Assembly (NCBI RefSeq): GCF_006345805.1
Contig: NC_042999.1
Coordinates: 69,812,001 to 69,876,000, forward strand
Direction: 5' to 3'
DNA from: Octopus sinensis
Taxonomy: Eukaryota
DNA: 64,000 nucleotides
Shown: in pieces, positions 24,722-36,779 of the stretch
How the letters are laid out: every line of letters starts with the position of its first letter
How positions within the stretch are numbered: position 1 is the stretch's first letter
Notes under the pieces: model-generated
Database searches by the model: none
The model's input: only the letters and a program-made list of their open reading frames with translations
Told to the model about the DNA's origin: nothing
Position numbers and translations under genes: made by a program

Positions 24722-25118
24722 TTATATATAAAGATGACAAGCAAAATCCTCAAAATATTTTTTTTTTAAATGATAAAAAAAGGAAGGAGAAGAATTAGAA
24801 TTCTGTCACTTTCTTTAAAAAATTTTAGTTTGTTCAGCTTCACCGTTAGAATGAACAAGCTTCAGAACTGCATGCCAAAAGTTTTTTTTTTACTCCTCTT
24901 TTTTGTAAAATAAAATTTCTGTATAATATATGGTAACTTTATAATCTGCACAATATCTCTTACTAGAAATATTTTCTTCATGATAAAAATAAATAAATAT
25001 AGCTGTTTTCTAATATTGATAATTTTTTTCATATGAATAAAGAGTAAAAATATTTACAAGATTAAGAATATTTACAAGATTAAGAAAAAAAAAAAATTGA
25101 AATAACATAGAAGTATAT

Positions 25119-25334
25119 GGGTTTCAAATTTTGGCACAAGGCCAGCAATTTCGGAGGATGGTGTAACTCATTTACATCGACCCCAGTGCCCAACTGGTAG
25201 TTAATTTTATCAACCCCGAAAGGATGAAAAGCAAAGTTGACCTTGGTGGAATTTGAACTCCAAGCATGGAGACAGATAAAATGCCACTAAGCATTTTGTC
25301 TGGCATGCTAACTAGTCTATCAGCTTGCCACCTT
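25119..25334 (-). mobile_element. SINE family B
   Basis: Family B head, body and tail region. Confidence 0.75.
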
Positions 25335-25764
25335 GTGAATATAGAAGTAGTATATTGGTATGAGGTTGGTACTGTTTGGGTGGGCTTGAACTGGTAATTA
25401 GCCTGATTGTTTCTCCTATTCCATTCCCCCACATGCACACTTTATAAAAGATGGAGTCAAATGTCTCTTTTTGCATTCCTTCTTTCTATCATACTGAAGG
25501 AATGCAGAAGGGGAAAAAAACAGTAGCTGAAAGGAAAATGAATGGTAAAAACAGTAAAGAGGAAAAAAAAAAAAAAAATGATAGAAGGAAAACGAATTAT
25601 GTACAAAGGAGAAGATTACAGATAAATAGATAGGTGGAAGACTACAGAGTTGGTAGAATCACGTCTGCAGATGTGGGTTTGTTCTCCAAAGGCAGCCTTC
25701 AACTTTTTCCAGTCAAAAAGGGTTTTTAACAACCCAATATTTATATGCTATTATTTACAGCTTT

Positions 25765-25960
25765 AAGGCGGTGAGCTGGCAGAAACGTTAGTACGCTGGG
25801 CAAAATGCATTTCGTTTGTTCTTAAGTTTCGTGTTAAAATTCCGCCGAGGCCGACTACACCTTTTCTCATTTATGGGGTCAGTGTAATTGATTTGTCCCT
25901 CTTCCCCACCCACACCACCACCAAATTTCAAGCCTTTTGCCTATAATAGAAAGTATTATT
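25765..25960 (+). mobile_element. SINE family B
   Basis: AAGGCGGTGAGCTGGCAGAAACGTTAG head; ATT tail. Confidence 0.75.
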
Positions 25961-26018
25961 TACAGGTTTATATGCTTTGAGATCCACTTTGAATTATTTA
26001 ATGTTCTCTCAAAAGTTT

Positions 26019-26355
26019 GAGAAGGCACATGGCTCAGTGGTTAGAGCATCGAGCTTACAATCGTGAGGTTGTGAGTTCAAATCCTGGACTAGGCTGCGTG
26101 TTGTGTTCTTGAGCAAGACACTTTATTTCACGTTGCTCCAGTTCACTCAGCTGTAGAAATGAGTTGCGAAATCACAGGTGCCAAGCTGTATCGGCCTTTG
26201 CCTTTCCCTTGGATAACACTCATGGCATGATGAGGGGAGGCCGGTATGCATGGGCGACTGCTGGCCTTCCATAAACAAACTTGCCCGGACTTGTGTCTGG
26301 GAGGTAGCTTTCTAGGTGCAATCCCATTGTCAGTCATGACCGAAGGGGGGTCTCA
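26019..26355 (+). mobile_element. tRNA-derived SINE family C with Meta/V-like core and 12-bp TSD
   Basis: A-box TGGCTCAGTGG, B-box GAGTTCAAATCC, core TTGAGCAAGACACTT...GCTCCAGTTCACTCAGCTGT; TSD TCTCAAAAGTTT at 26007-18 and 26356-67. Confidence 0.85.
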
Positions 26356-26397
26356 TCTCAAAAGTTTATAAATGTTTATGACGTAAACACGCAAGCA

Positions 26398-26436
<39 letters not shown>

Positions 26437-26444
26437 ATATATCG

Positions 26445-26965
26445 CCTTGACAACCAGACTATCGGGTGTCGTTTCAACACCACTGGTCACAACATACCAT
26501 CCATTCGTCTCTGGATCATGTGTTTCTCATCTACATAGCTCCAAACACTTGTATTTCACCAACCCACCATTTTGGAGGCCTTCTGTGTGGGCTCTTCCAC
26601 TTGCACAGATACCATTCGACAGCTGCGTGAGTCCACTGATTGTCGGTAAACCAAGCGATGTGTCCAGTCCATCTGAACTTCAGGCTCTGTATTCGGTGAT
26701 GATGTCTCTCATGCCAGATTTATCTCTGCCTGCTTCGCTTTGGATGTACTCTTTTAGCAACACTCCCTGCATCGATTTTTTATATAACTCTTTGGGTAGT
26801 TACCAGCCCTTGTTCTTCGTTGTGGCCTAGTTTTGCTTCTGTACAAAATTACAGGTAAAAATCATGCCATTGAAGAGTTGAAGGCCGCTCTGCTGTACAA
26901 GAAAGGAGATAGCGAAGATCTGAAGAAATATCATCCCATATGACTGTTGTCCCACGTATACAAAT
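26445..26965. mobile_element. RTE-clade LINE remnant with internal inversion
   Basis: Minus strand 26445-26830 reads LKFRWTGHIAWFTDNQWTHAAVEW...RRPPKWW (RTE C-terminal region); plus strand ~26890-26965 reads LLYKKGDSEDLKKYHPI*LLSHVYKL (RT N-terminal motif). Confidence 0.7.
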
Positions 26966-27200
26966 TACTCTTTTTTTTTCTTGTTTCAGTCATTTGACTG
27001 CGGCCATGCTGGAGCACCGCCTTTAATCGAGCGAATCGACCCCAGGACTTGATTTTTGGAAGCCTAGTACTTATTCTATCAGTCTCTTTTGCTGAACTGC
27101 TAAGTTACGGGGACGTAAACACACCAGCATTGGTTGTCAAGCGATGTTGGGGAGGGGGACAAACACAGACACATACACACACACATATAAATATATATAT

Positions 27201-27238
<38 letters not shown>

Positions 27239-27394
27239 CGACGGGCTTCCTTTAGTTTCTGTCTACCAAATCCACTCACACGGCTTTGCTCAGCCCGAGG
27301 CTATAGTAGAAGACACTTGCCCAGGGTGCCACGCAGTGGGACTGAACCTGGAACCATGTGGTTCGTAAGCAAGCTACTTACCACACAGCCACTC
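26965..27394 (-). mobile_element. SINE family A, full length
   Basis: Family A pattern on the minus strand. Confidence 0.85.
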
Positions 27395-28179
27395 TTGAAG
27401 ATGGTCCACCTTCTTTCAATGTCCGTATCGTATCTGATGTTGTATGTTTTTTGTTTTAAAAACATGCAACATCCGTGTCGAATATTACACATAGCACACA
27501 AACTTCATTGTTTTAGTTACGCGAATTTACGAGAATCCCCATGAACGAAGCGAGACTGTTTTCCAAAATTGAGGTGAGCACTTTCTCCATGTGATCAGAT
27601 TGAAAAATTAAGACACTAGGATATTTTCCTGTTTTTCTTAACATGAAACAAATGGTAGCTTAATTCACAAATAAAGAAATTATATTCACCAACGCGGTGT
27701 TGAGCACTCATTTCCATCGTTTTACATTATATCTATCTATCAATATACATGCACACATACACATACCGGGATGAGCAAACGTAGGGATACAGTTGCTTAA
27801 TATGAATGGATTGTTATTTTCATTTCATATCCTAAACAAGAAATTGAGAAATGAAAAGAACATTCTACTCATTAAGCATAAAGAGGGAGATAGAGAAACA
27901 CAGAATGTGAGTAAGTGAGAGGAAAAGGAGAGAAACTTGCGTAAGATATTGAACTTCGTTGGTGGTACCGATGAGAAATGAAAAGTGGAAGTAGATTTTG
28001 GTTGACTGATCAAAGAGAAAAAGCCTAATGTAGCTAGACAGAGCCAAAAAGAGGAAATAATGATGTGAGTGGATCAATGAATATGTTTAAGGAAAGGAAG
28101 GAGTAAGAGCATAAAAGTAACGAAAGGAAGGGGGAAGTTTTCATGTAAACAACAGGTAACTAACTGCAAGTCATTTTAG

Positions 28180-28474
28180 TTTTATTTATGCGCCCTTTTC
28201 AAGCCTAGCCAGGCTCATGGGCCCGGTTTCTGTGACGTATGTGTTCACCCCCAGCTGGACGGGACGCCAGTCCATCGCTGCGTTACTCAAGAAAGAGCGA
28301 GAGAAAGTTGGGGCGAAAAAGTACAACAGGGGTCGCCACCACCCGCTGCCGGAGCCTCGTGGAGCTTTAGGTGTTTTCACTCAATAAACACATACAACGC
28401 CCGGTCTGGGAATCGAAACCGCGATCCTCTGACCGCGAGTCCGCTGTCCTAACCACTGGGCCATTGCGCCTCCA
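28180..28474 (-). mobile_element. tRNA-derived SINE family D with V-SINE-like 3' part
   Basis: Head GGAGGCGCAATGGCCCAGTGGTTAGG...GGTTTCGATTCC; GCGATGGACTGGCGTCCCGTCCAG motif; (TAAA) tail. Confidence 0.8.
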
Positions 28475-29000
28475 ACGGTAAGTCATACAGACGAAGAAAT
28501 TCTCAGTTGTAAAAAAACTGCTCGACTTCGAACTGCAGAAATACGATGAAGTCAATAGGCGATGAGAATTGGAGAGAAGTACTGCAGAATGGCAAGAAGA
28601 CACTCTAGAAGAAATACAAGCAAGGCTTTCAACCCCCATCTGTGATACACACACACAGATATACATGTACACAATTACACGAATTTAAAATTAGCCTTTC
28701 CCCACTATCCGCCATCCTCCACCCCGTCTCCAGTCTTACCCTACAACTAAATACCCCCCATTCCGAGGTGCTCTTTTGCTCCTATTCCAAATGGCATAAC
28801 TCCAAAGCACTAAAAAGGTTTTCTTCCTGGTTTTGATATGGGCGTTTTTGTTCCGTTTATTATTATTATTACAACAGCCGTTATGCCCGCATACCCCACG
28901 CTGCACTGTTCCTTTCACCCTTTTCTGACGGCTGTTTATATAATTTCAAATCTTTTGGTAAAGTGGCCAATATGAGAATATTGTAATTATTATTATCATC

Positions 29001-29860
29001 AAGGCGGCGAGCTGGCGGGATCATTAGCACACCGGGCGAAATACTCAGCGGTATTTCGTCTGCCACTATTTGCTGAGTTCAAATTCCGCCGTTGTCGACT
29101 TAGTCTTTCATCCTTTCGGGGTCGATAAGTTAAGTACCATTTGAGTACTGATATTTAATGCAATCGACTAGCCTCCCCACCCCCTAAAGAATTCAGGCCT
29201 TGTGCCTATAATGGAAAGGATTATTATCATGAAGGCGGCGAGCTGGCAGAATGGTTAGCACGCCGGGCAAAATGCTTAGCGGTATTTCGTCTGCCCGTTA
29301 CATTCCGAGTTCAAATTCCGCCGAGGTCGACTTTGCCTTTCATCCTTTCGGGGTCGATTAAATAAGTACCAGTTACGCACTGGGGTCGATATAATCGACT
29401 CAATCAGTTTGTCTGTCCTTGTTTGTCCTCTTTGTGTTTAGCCCCTTGTGGGTAGTAAAGAAATAGGTATTTCATCCGTCGCTACTTTCTGCGTTCAGGT
29501 TCCCCTGAGGTCAGCTTTGTCATTCATCCTTTCGGGGTCGATTAAATAAGTGCCAGTTACGCACTGGGGTCGATGTAATTTGAGGCCTTGTGCCTATAGT
29601 AGAAAGGATTATTATTATTATTATCATCATCATTGTTAGCACACTGGACGAAATGCTTAGGGGTATTTCGTCCGTCGCTATGTTCTGAGTTCAAATTCCG
29701 CCGAGGTCGCTTTGCCTTTCATACTTTCGGGGTCGATAAATTAAGTGCCAGTCAAATACTGAGGTCGATGCGAATGATTGTCCCCCTACCCACAAAAACC
29801 CAAGCCTTGTGCCTATATTAGAAAGGATTATTATTATTATTATTATTAGTAGTAGTAGTA
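29001..29860 (+). mobile_element. Array of SINE family B copies, including a unit with a Tx1-like tail
   Basis: Heads at 29001, 29233 and ~29635; Tx1-like tail TGTGTTTAGCCCCTTGTGGGTAGTAAAGAAATA at ~29432-29465, then the body restarts. Confidence 0.85.
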
Positions 29861-29874
29861 GTAGTAGTACCGTT

Positions 29875-29995
29875 ACCAATAGACATGGTAGATTTCTTAT
29901 CGAGATTAGTGGAACTACGGGAGTCGCATTAATCCAGAAATATGTTCTATCAAGAACAGCAGGCGTTGTTCGAAAGTTCCACGATATCAAGGACA
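29875..29995 (+). mobile_element. Possible R4/Dong-like LINE ORF C-terminal fragment
   Basis: ISGTTGVALIQKYVLSRTAGVVRKF resembles the LQK.ALLGTA.ILRKVL C-terminus of RLE-type LINEs (recalled similarity). Confidence 0.35.
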
Positions 29996-30044
29996 TTGAT
30001 TCCAAATATAGGATATTTGCATGTGCCATTAGATAACAGTTTTA

Positions 30045-30513
30045 CACACACACACTGAAGGTTGATTTTAAAATGTTAACCGAGCGGCAGTAGACTTATG
30101 CCAGACAGACATTCTAATCTGTATAACCGCCAAAGTTTGACCGTCAGCAGGCCAAGCGAAATACACAACAAATGTGTGACGATTTCGTATTTTCTGCAAT
30201 GACTTCTGGACAAAGCTCATCAACACCATTCTTGTCAAGATCCTAAACCATGATACTTGATCCATTCGCATTCTTTTTATTGTTAGCCATTTGGTAGAGA
30301 TGAAGATTGTTTCTCTAAAAGTTTAATCGTCAGGAATCCTTATTGAAAACTAAAACAAATATGACAGAGAAAATAACTTTACGTGAAACCTCTATGGAGC
30401 ATGGTGGATGGGTTACAGAAATTGCTACGAACCCAATCAATCAAGATAGTATTGTCGCTGCTTCGAGAGATAAAACTTCAATTTTGTAGCAATTGACTAA
30501 AAATGAACAGCAT
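30045..30513. pseudogene. RACK1: Processed RACK1 (GNB2L1) pseudogene with inverted 5' segment and middle deleted
   Basis: Plus 30361-30513: MTEKITLRETSMEHGGWVTEIATNPINQDSIVAASRDKTSIL*QLTKNEQ (cf. RACK1 [50 protein letters not shown]). Minus 30269-30075: ANGSSIMV*DLDKNGVDELCPEVI...FAWPADGQTL..GYTD..VW (cf. [25 protein letters not shown]...LAWSADGQTLFAGYTD..VRVW), with stops and frameshifts. Confidence 0.85.
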
Positions 30514-31430
30514 CAGTTTTATTATGACGATAGATCAGCTATTTTGTCCCAAATTTAGTTATAGGTTTCTTTCATAACGATAATCAATCGGGTCTACCGT
30601 GTTACAACATGTTTCTCGGAGCTTAAAAAAAAAAATTTTTTTAATAACTGCATACTACTTAGTATCAACTACATTGTAGCACTGTGACTTTACAACAATT
30701 GATTAGCTCATAACTCTATCACATGGTTTTCCTGTTGGCTCAGTTTTGTTTGCTTACCATGTTGCCATGAGTCACATTCTACTGGTTAATCAGTTCACTA
30801 ATGTCAAGTCTTACACAAGCAACCAAGGAAAAGTGAACGTTAAAACAATGATGACGGCCATTTAACTGGACCTACAATTGATTGAATTATTATCTACTTC
30901 TGAAGAGCTGGTGTTTCAAGGTGATTATGCAATCACTTACGTAACAATTACTGCATAACATACTAGTATTTGTAAATGAAATATATGTAAGCATTACGTA
31001 ATTTATGATATCATAATGAAGAGGTTAACTGTTTTATTCTGCTCTTGCATTCATGTGAGTGTGTGTATAAAATTGCTTGTACTATACCAATACCAGCGTT
31101 TGTCATTCAACCTTTACACTCTATATAAACTATCAACTACTTACATCCCCATCGCGTGTCACAGTTTCCTTCTGAACATCTGTAAAGAGAAAACAATAGT
31201 ATTATTATAGTCTTGACATTGAATGCTTTATAAGACATAAATTACATTGTTGCTCGTTTCTTTTTTTTTTTTTTAATTTAGCGTCTGTCGTAGGCTGTGG
31301 ATATTCATGTGAAACATCTCACCTGAACACATGCCAGTCAATGTCTACAGAAAAAATAAAGGTAAAGAAACAGAAAATCTGATACGAATACTTAAAACAG
31401 TAATTTCACTTAGAAGTGGACTTAGAAGGC

Positions 31431-31829
31431 GCAGGAGTGGCTGTGTGGTAAGTAGCTTGCTAACCAACCACATGGTTCCCGGTTCAGTCCCACTGCGTGG
31501 CATCTTGGGCAAGTGTCTTCTGCTATAGCCCCGGGCCGACCAATGCCTTGTGAGTGGATTTGGTAGACGGAAACTGAAAGAAGCCCGTCGTATATATGTA
31601 TATATATGTATATGTGTGTGTGTTTGTATGTCTGTGTTTGTCCCCCTAGCATTGCTTGACAACCGATGCTGGTGTGTTTACGTCCCCGTAACTTAGCGGT
31701 TCGGCAAAAAGAGGCCGATAGAATAAGTACTAGGCTTACAAAGAATAAGTCCTGGGGTCGATTTGCTCGACTAAAGGCGATGCTTCAGCATGGCCGCAGT
31801 CAAATGACTGAAACAAGTAAAAGAGTAAA
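31431..31829 (+). mobile_element. SINE family A, full length
   Basis: A-box TGGCTGTGTGG, B-box GGTTCAGTCCC, family A body and tail. Confidence 0.9.
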
Positions 31830-32404
31830 CAAAATATTCTTTTTGTAAACAAAAGAATGTGGTTACTAAGAACGAGAAAAATATCGATTGAGTTTAGAGA
31901 TAATTGTTCTTGGATTGGTGTGATTGTAGCAGTAGTCAAAAGGAGTTTAGCCGCTGGTTGTGCCACTGTCTTCTAACATCTCTCGTTCGTCGTCTGTTCA
32001 TTGCTTTGTATTGTCGGCTGCGGCCCGCCACCTTTTCGCCGTTTGTCTGCCGTCTCCTCGCTGTCTATTGTAGTAGCTAAGGTGCGCTGAATATATAATG
32101 ATGTCTAGGCTCAGAAAGAAGCACGCCGTAAGATGAAATTGTTGTTGGAGCCTGTTCCATGTGAAGTCTTGACTGGTCAGCTTTTTTTCGATGGCGTAGG
32201 TAATATTCTAACGAATTGCGACATCGGATACAGTGATCTTGTTGCTAAATAGTTCCGCAACGAACACACATACACATTATATATATATATATATATATAA
32301 TTGATATAGGATAACATTTTTTTCGGGAAAAAAATTCCATCAATGGCCAGCACATCAAAAAATGCTTTTAAAGGTAAAATTTATACACAATTTACAAGCG
32401 TATG

Positions 32405-32463
32405 TGCCGCTGAAGAGGGGAAAATTTCTTGTGAATTAACCCCGAAATTGGACCAATACGGTA
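32405..32463 (+). ncRNA. Type I hammerhead ribozyme motif, canonical core
   Basis: TGCCG-CTGAAGA-GGGG-(19 nt)-CCCC-GAAA-TTGGACCAAT-A-CGGTA: stem I 5 bp (one G.U), stem II 4 G-C pairs, stem III ATTG(GAC)CAAT, AUA triplet. Confidence 0.75.
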
Positions 32464-32586
32464 ATAACGAATTTTTTAGAGATGTCTATCGGTTTGTTTC
32501 GAGACGCATAAATTTAATGGTTATCGACAATTTTTTTTGTTTCGGCGTATCTGGCATTTCTTCTGCCCTTATCTTTTGTGTGTGTG

Positions 32587-32637
<51 letters not shown>

Positions 32638-32800
32638 GTAAAAAAAAACTGGGACAAGAATGCAAAACATTTAGAAGACGATACAAAAAAACATGGACGG
32701 GACATTCGAAGCCTTCAATCTTCAGTTAAGAACCGGATCATCCTCGCAATTTCGGCTGAGCACGCACGCACGCACACACACACACACACACACGCACATC

Positions 32801-32955
32801 TTTTACCTTTTGTTTCAGTCAGTAGGCTGCAGTCATGCTGAGGCACCGAATTGAATTGTTTTAGTTGAACGAATCGACCCCAGGACTTATTTTTTTTAAG
32901 GATTTGGTACTTATTCTATCGGTCTCTTTCACGAACCGCTAAATTATGGGGACAT
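32801..32955 (-). mobile_element. SINE family A, 3' fragment
   Basis: TTTGTTTCAGTC...CATGCTGAGGCACCG...GGTACTTATTCTATCGGTCTC. Confidence 0.7.
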
Positions 32956-34173
32956 AAAGCCCAAGCCTGGCAGCAGTCCAAAGACTGAGACAAATAACAG
33001 ACAAACAGAGACAGACAAACCAATAAAGAAAGAATGGAAGTAAGAGAGAGAATAAATGAAAGATAGAACTCATTAACACTATCTCTAACAACATAATATA
33101 AGCGGTACTTACGACTCATGTGAGTGGGGTGGCTCTTTTCTCACTGAAAATATAATTCGAAGAAAATTCAAGAAATATAATAGAAACAAACACGAACTAA
33201 TCAAATACCTAACCAAGTAGGCAATCTTATTTTACCAGTTGGTGTTGTTTTGATTAACTCAAGAACAGAATGCTAATGTATCCAAGCACCATTCCTGAAT
33301 TCATAAAATACTTTATATTCCTAATTGTTGGAAACACCTTTCGTAAGAGCGATGAAATTGACGAGTATATGACCATACGCAAAAAATGCGCGTACGTGTC
33401 GGTGTACTGTATGCATGATACGTAAATGTATTTGTATAAGTATCTCTCTCAGTATTTCTCACTGTATATGTATTAAAAGTATGTTTTTATACACACATAC
33501 ACGCACAAATTACATACACACACACACAGAGGTATGTACGTATGTAAATTAAATATATGTATGTGTGTGATCATCATCATAATTTATGCATACAGCTAGA
33601 ACCAAGCAATATCTAAGATAAACAAGTGTAAACAAATCTTTACACTTGTTTACATTACACGCAGCAATGCTAAACTTGTAGGTATAACTTACTTAAGAAA
33701 TTTTGAATTATTCTATAAAATCTATTGTGCATAGTTTACAGTGCATGTGACCAGGTTGCTGATGTGTGATGAAAATTCAGAAAATAAATGTAAAGTTATT
33801 TTAACAGTATTGTGTTGTTTAGATGACAAAAATGCGTCATTCGTGATGTAATTGACCCGGCTTTAATACACGGTCGACAATCAATTCCTTATCCAAATAA
33901 TTCCAAAATATGTACATACGCACACATGTACTGAAACGTTTAAACTGAGAAAGAATTTGTTTCTTGCATAATTACCTGAAACACGCCTATTAAATGCATA
34001 CAAAATATCGGTATTTCGTTTTACTTTATTACGCACATATATATATATTATATACACACACACGAACACACGTGTTTATGTAACTGTTGCTCAAATGAAT
34101 ACTCAATGTAAGTGTGGAGTAGAGTGAATATATCAGTTTATAATAATCTCTGAGACTGTTTTTTTTTTCTGTT

Positions 34174-34329
34174 CAGGAGTGGGTGTGTGATAAGTAGCTT
34201 GCTAACCAACTACATGGTTCTGGGTTCATTCCCACTTACCTTGGGTAAGTGTCTTCTACTATAGTCTCAGGCGGACTGACCAAAGCCTTGTGAGTGGATT
34301 TGGTAGACAGAAACTGAAAGAAGCCCATC

Positions 34330-34425
<96 letters not shown>

Positions 34426-34615
34426 AGCATCGCTTGACAACCGATGCTGGTGTGTTTACGTCCCCGTAACTTAGCGGTTCGGCAAAAGACACCGATAGAA
34501 TAAGTACTAGGTTTACAAAGAATAAGTCCTGGGGTTGATTTGCTCGGCTAAAAGGCGGTGCTTCAGCATGGCCGCAGTCAAATAACTGAAACAAGTAAGT
34601 AAAAGAGTAAGTAAG
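34174..34615 (+). mobile_element. SINE family A, full length with expanded (TA)(TG) tract
   Basis: Family A pattern. Confidence 0.85.
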
Positions 34616-35154
34616 AATGACTTGAAAGCAACACCGGAAGCGTCAAATCGAATGCTTACGGTATACGCATGTGTATGTTTGGTCTGCACTGGATAGTTTA
34701 TGCATATTGAATATTGTAACAGGCTTTCATTTTGGTTACTATACACCATGTATTGTGTGTATACGCGCGCGTGTGTACGTATGTGTGGGTGTGTGTTTAT
34801 GCTGGGCGCATACGCGTGTGTAGGCGCTTTGTATATGTATACGTGGGAATGAGTCTGTGTAGGCCTTATGCGCGCGTGTGTATGTATGTGTGTGTGTAAT
34901 TGTATTCAGAGGCCTGTGATGGTTGTATTGATTTGTCTATGGGTGTACTTGTGTGTGTGTGTGGGTTTTTTTTTTTTTATATGTTTGTGACTGTGTATGT
35001 GAGATAGAAGTATATTTAGTGACCAAACGGAATCGCTGGTGTAGTTTATCAGATTGCAATGTAGGTTTCATACCAGACAATTTTTCCACAGACCGGAGCA
35101 TTACGCGCATAAAAGAAAAGAAAAAAAAACCACAAAAAAAAAACAAGACCAGAA

Positions 35155-35398
35155 TATGGGATGTTGTTACACATCGTTGGTCACAATGCACTTTGCATCG
35201 TTCTAGCTTTCGAATGATGCCAACTCCTGATCGGAAAGCTAGTCCATCGCAAGGTTATCAATTTACTGCTGAGTGCACTGGAGCAACATGAAATGAAGCG
35301 GCTTACTCAAGAACTCAACGCACTGCCGGTCTGAGAATTGAAACTACGATCTCATGGTCGTGATTGCAACATCCATAACCACAAGGGCACGTGCCTTC
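35155..35398 (-). mobile_element. SINE with family C head/core and a different tail
   Basis: Head and core align with 26019-26150; tail CATTGTGACCAACGATGTGTAACAACATC aligns with 63838-63868. Confidence 0.7.
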
Positions 35399-35550
35399 AC
35401 GTACTACATATATAATACAAAAACACCCTACAGACTGCGATAGTCCATAAAATTAAAATAAAATTAACAAGTACTTTTCCTCTGCGAGCCGCTACCAAAT
35501 TATCCATGACCGGTGGTTGGGGACCCCCTAGTGTATATGATTTGTGTTAA

Positions 35551-35935
35551 TCTCTCTCTATATAAACGGCAGTTTGTCTGTGTGTGTTTCTGTGTGTCTG
35601 TTTGGTTGTACCCTCACCCTGACCACGGCTTTCAACCGATTCTGATGAAACTTGACACACACACATAGCCCAATGTCATAATTCAAAACTAACGCAGCGA
35701 AAATTTTGAAAAGTTCCCCCAGTACTGAAAAAAATCGATAAATTCGACATGGCGTCGAGAATCAAAAACACAAACCACAGACTGTCTAGGGGACGCAACT
35801 CGACCTTTTTTAACTCAAAAAAAATTTACCATCATTTTTTTTCCATTTTTTTGCTATATTTTGGCTATAACTCTCTAAAAATGCTTTATAGTTATTTCCC
35901 TTACAAACCTGAGTAACGCCGGGCGATACTGCTAG
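35551..35935 (+). mobile_element. Non-autonomous Helitron (complete)
   Basis: A|TC...hairpin...CTAG|T; highly similar to 24349-24721. Confidence 0.85.
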
Positions 35936-35975
35936 TATGTGTATAAGAGTGTATAAAATCAATATAGGAGTATAC

Positions 35976-36125
35976 CTGAACATATCTTGCCTGGTTCTAC
36001 CAGCAATCTTGGCGATGTGTCTTGGAACTCTTCTTTACAATAACATATGTAACTTCCATTCGTATTGACGCACCAGGCATAAACTGAACAGTCGTTTAGA
36101 TCGGGATATAAGCATTCGTCCACAT
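35976..36125 (-). CDS. Internal exon encoding a calcium-binding EGF-like domain (150 bp, phase 1-1)
   Basis: (D)VDECLYPDLNDCSVYAWCVNTNGSYICYCKEEFQDTSPRLLVEPGKICS: D-V-D-E-C, C-x-N-x-x-G-S-Y-x-C, six Cys; acceptor TTATTTCAG|AT, donor CAG|GTATAC. Confidence 0.9.
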
Positions 36126-36779
36126 CTGAAATAACAAACACGACTGTTTGTTAGTAATGAGCAGACGATTAGAAGTTACAAATGTATTATGCGCATAGAA
36201 ATCTGCAACAGATGAGAAATAAAAATGGTCGGTAAAAGATATTGATTAAATTTAGTGCGGTAAATTTTAGTTTACTTCTTGTTAATTTCAGTCGTGAACA
36301 GAAGGTTACGATTAATTTTTGCTTTTATTACGTTAAGAAAAATGGTAGCTTCCCAAACAACTTTCAGGGCCTCTGAAAGACAGACTGATGAACGCTCTCC
36401 TGATCATTTTGCTGCATTCAACTGAAGTTTGCTGGGCGAGTAAAAGGATGTCAGATGGAAGTAAGGATTTTGGTGTAGCTATTACGAAAGAACACAAAAA
36501 AAAACAAAAAAAAAAAACGAACGGGAATACTTCTAATGACATTAACCACTAGTCCAAGGGGAGTAGTTCCAATGAACTAAAAGAAAATCCTTTTCACCTA
36601 GGGTTCTGGCTTAGATGATTTTCGTTCCGGTTTTTATAACAAAAACCTAACGACCGGCAGAGAACCCAAACTATACTTTTCCTTTCAGCCTCTTCTGTTG
36701 ATTACCGACGTCATCTCAACTTTTGCATGAAACCGATTGCTAAAATTACTGATATGAGAATATAATATTGTATTTTATT

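Noticed and set aside
32518-32572. Second hammerhead-like string on the minus strand (CAGAAGA...GCCGAAAC...GTC)
   Set aside because: U4 is mutated, stem II is weak and stem I does not pair; at best a decayed relic.
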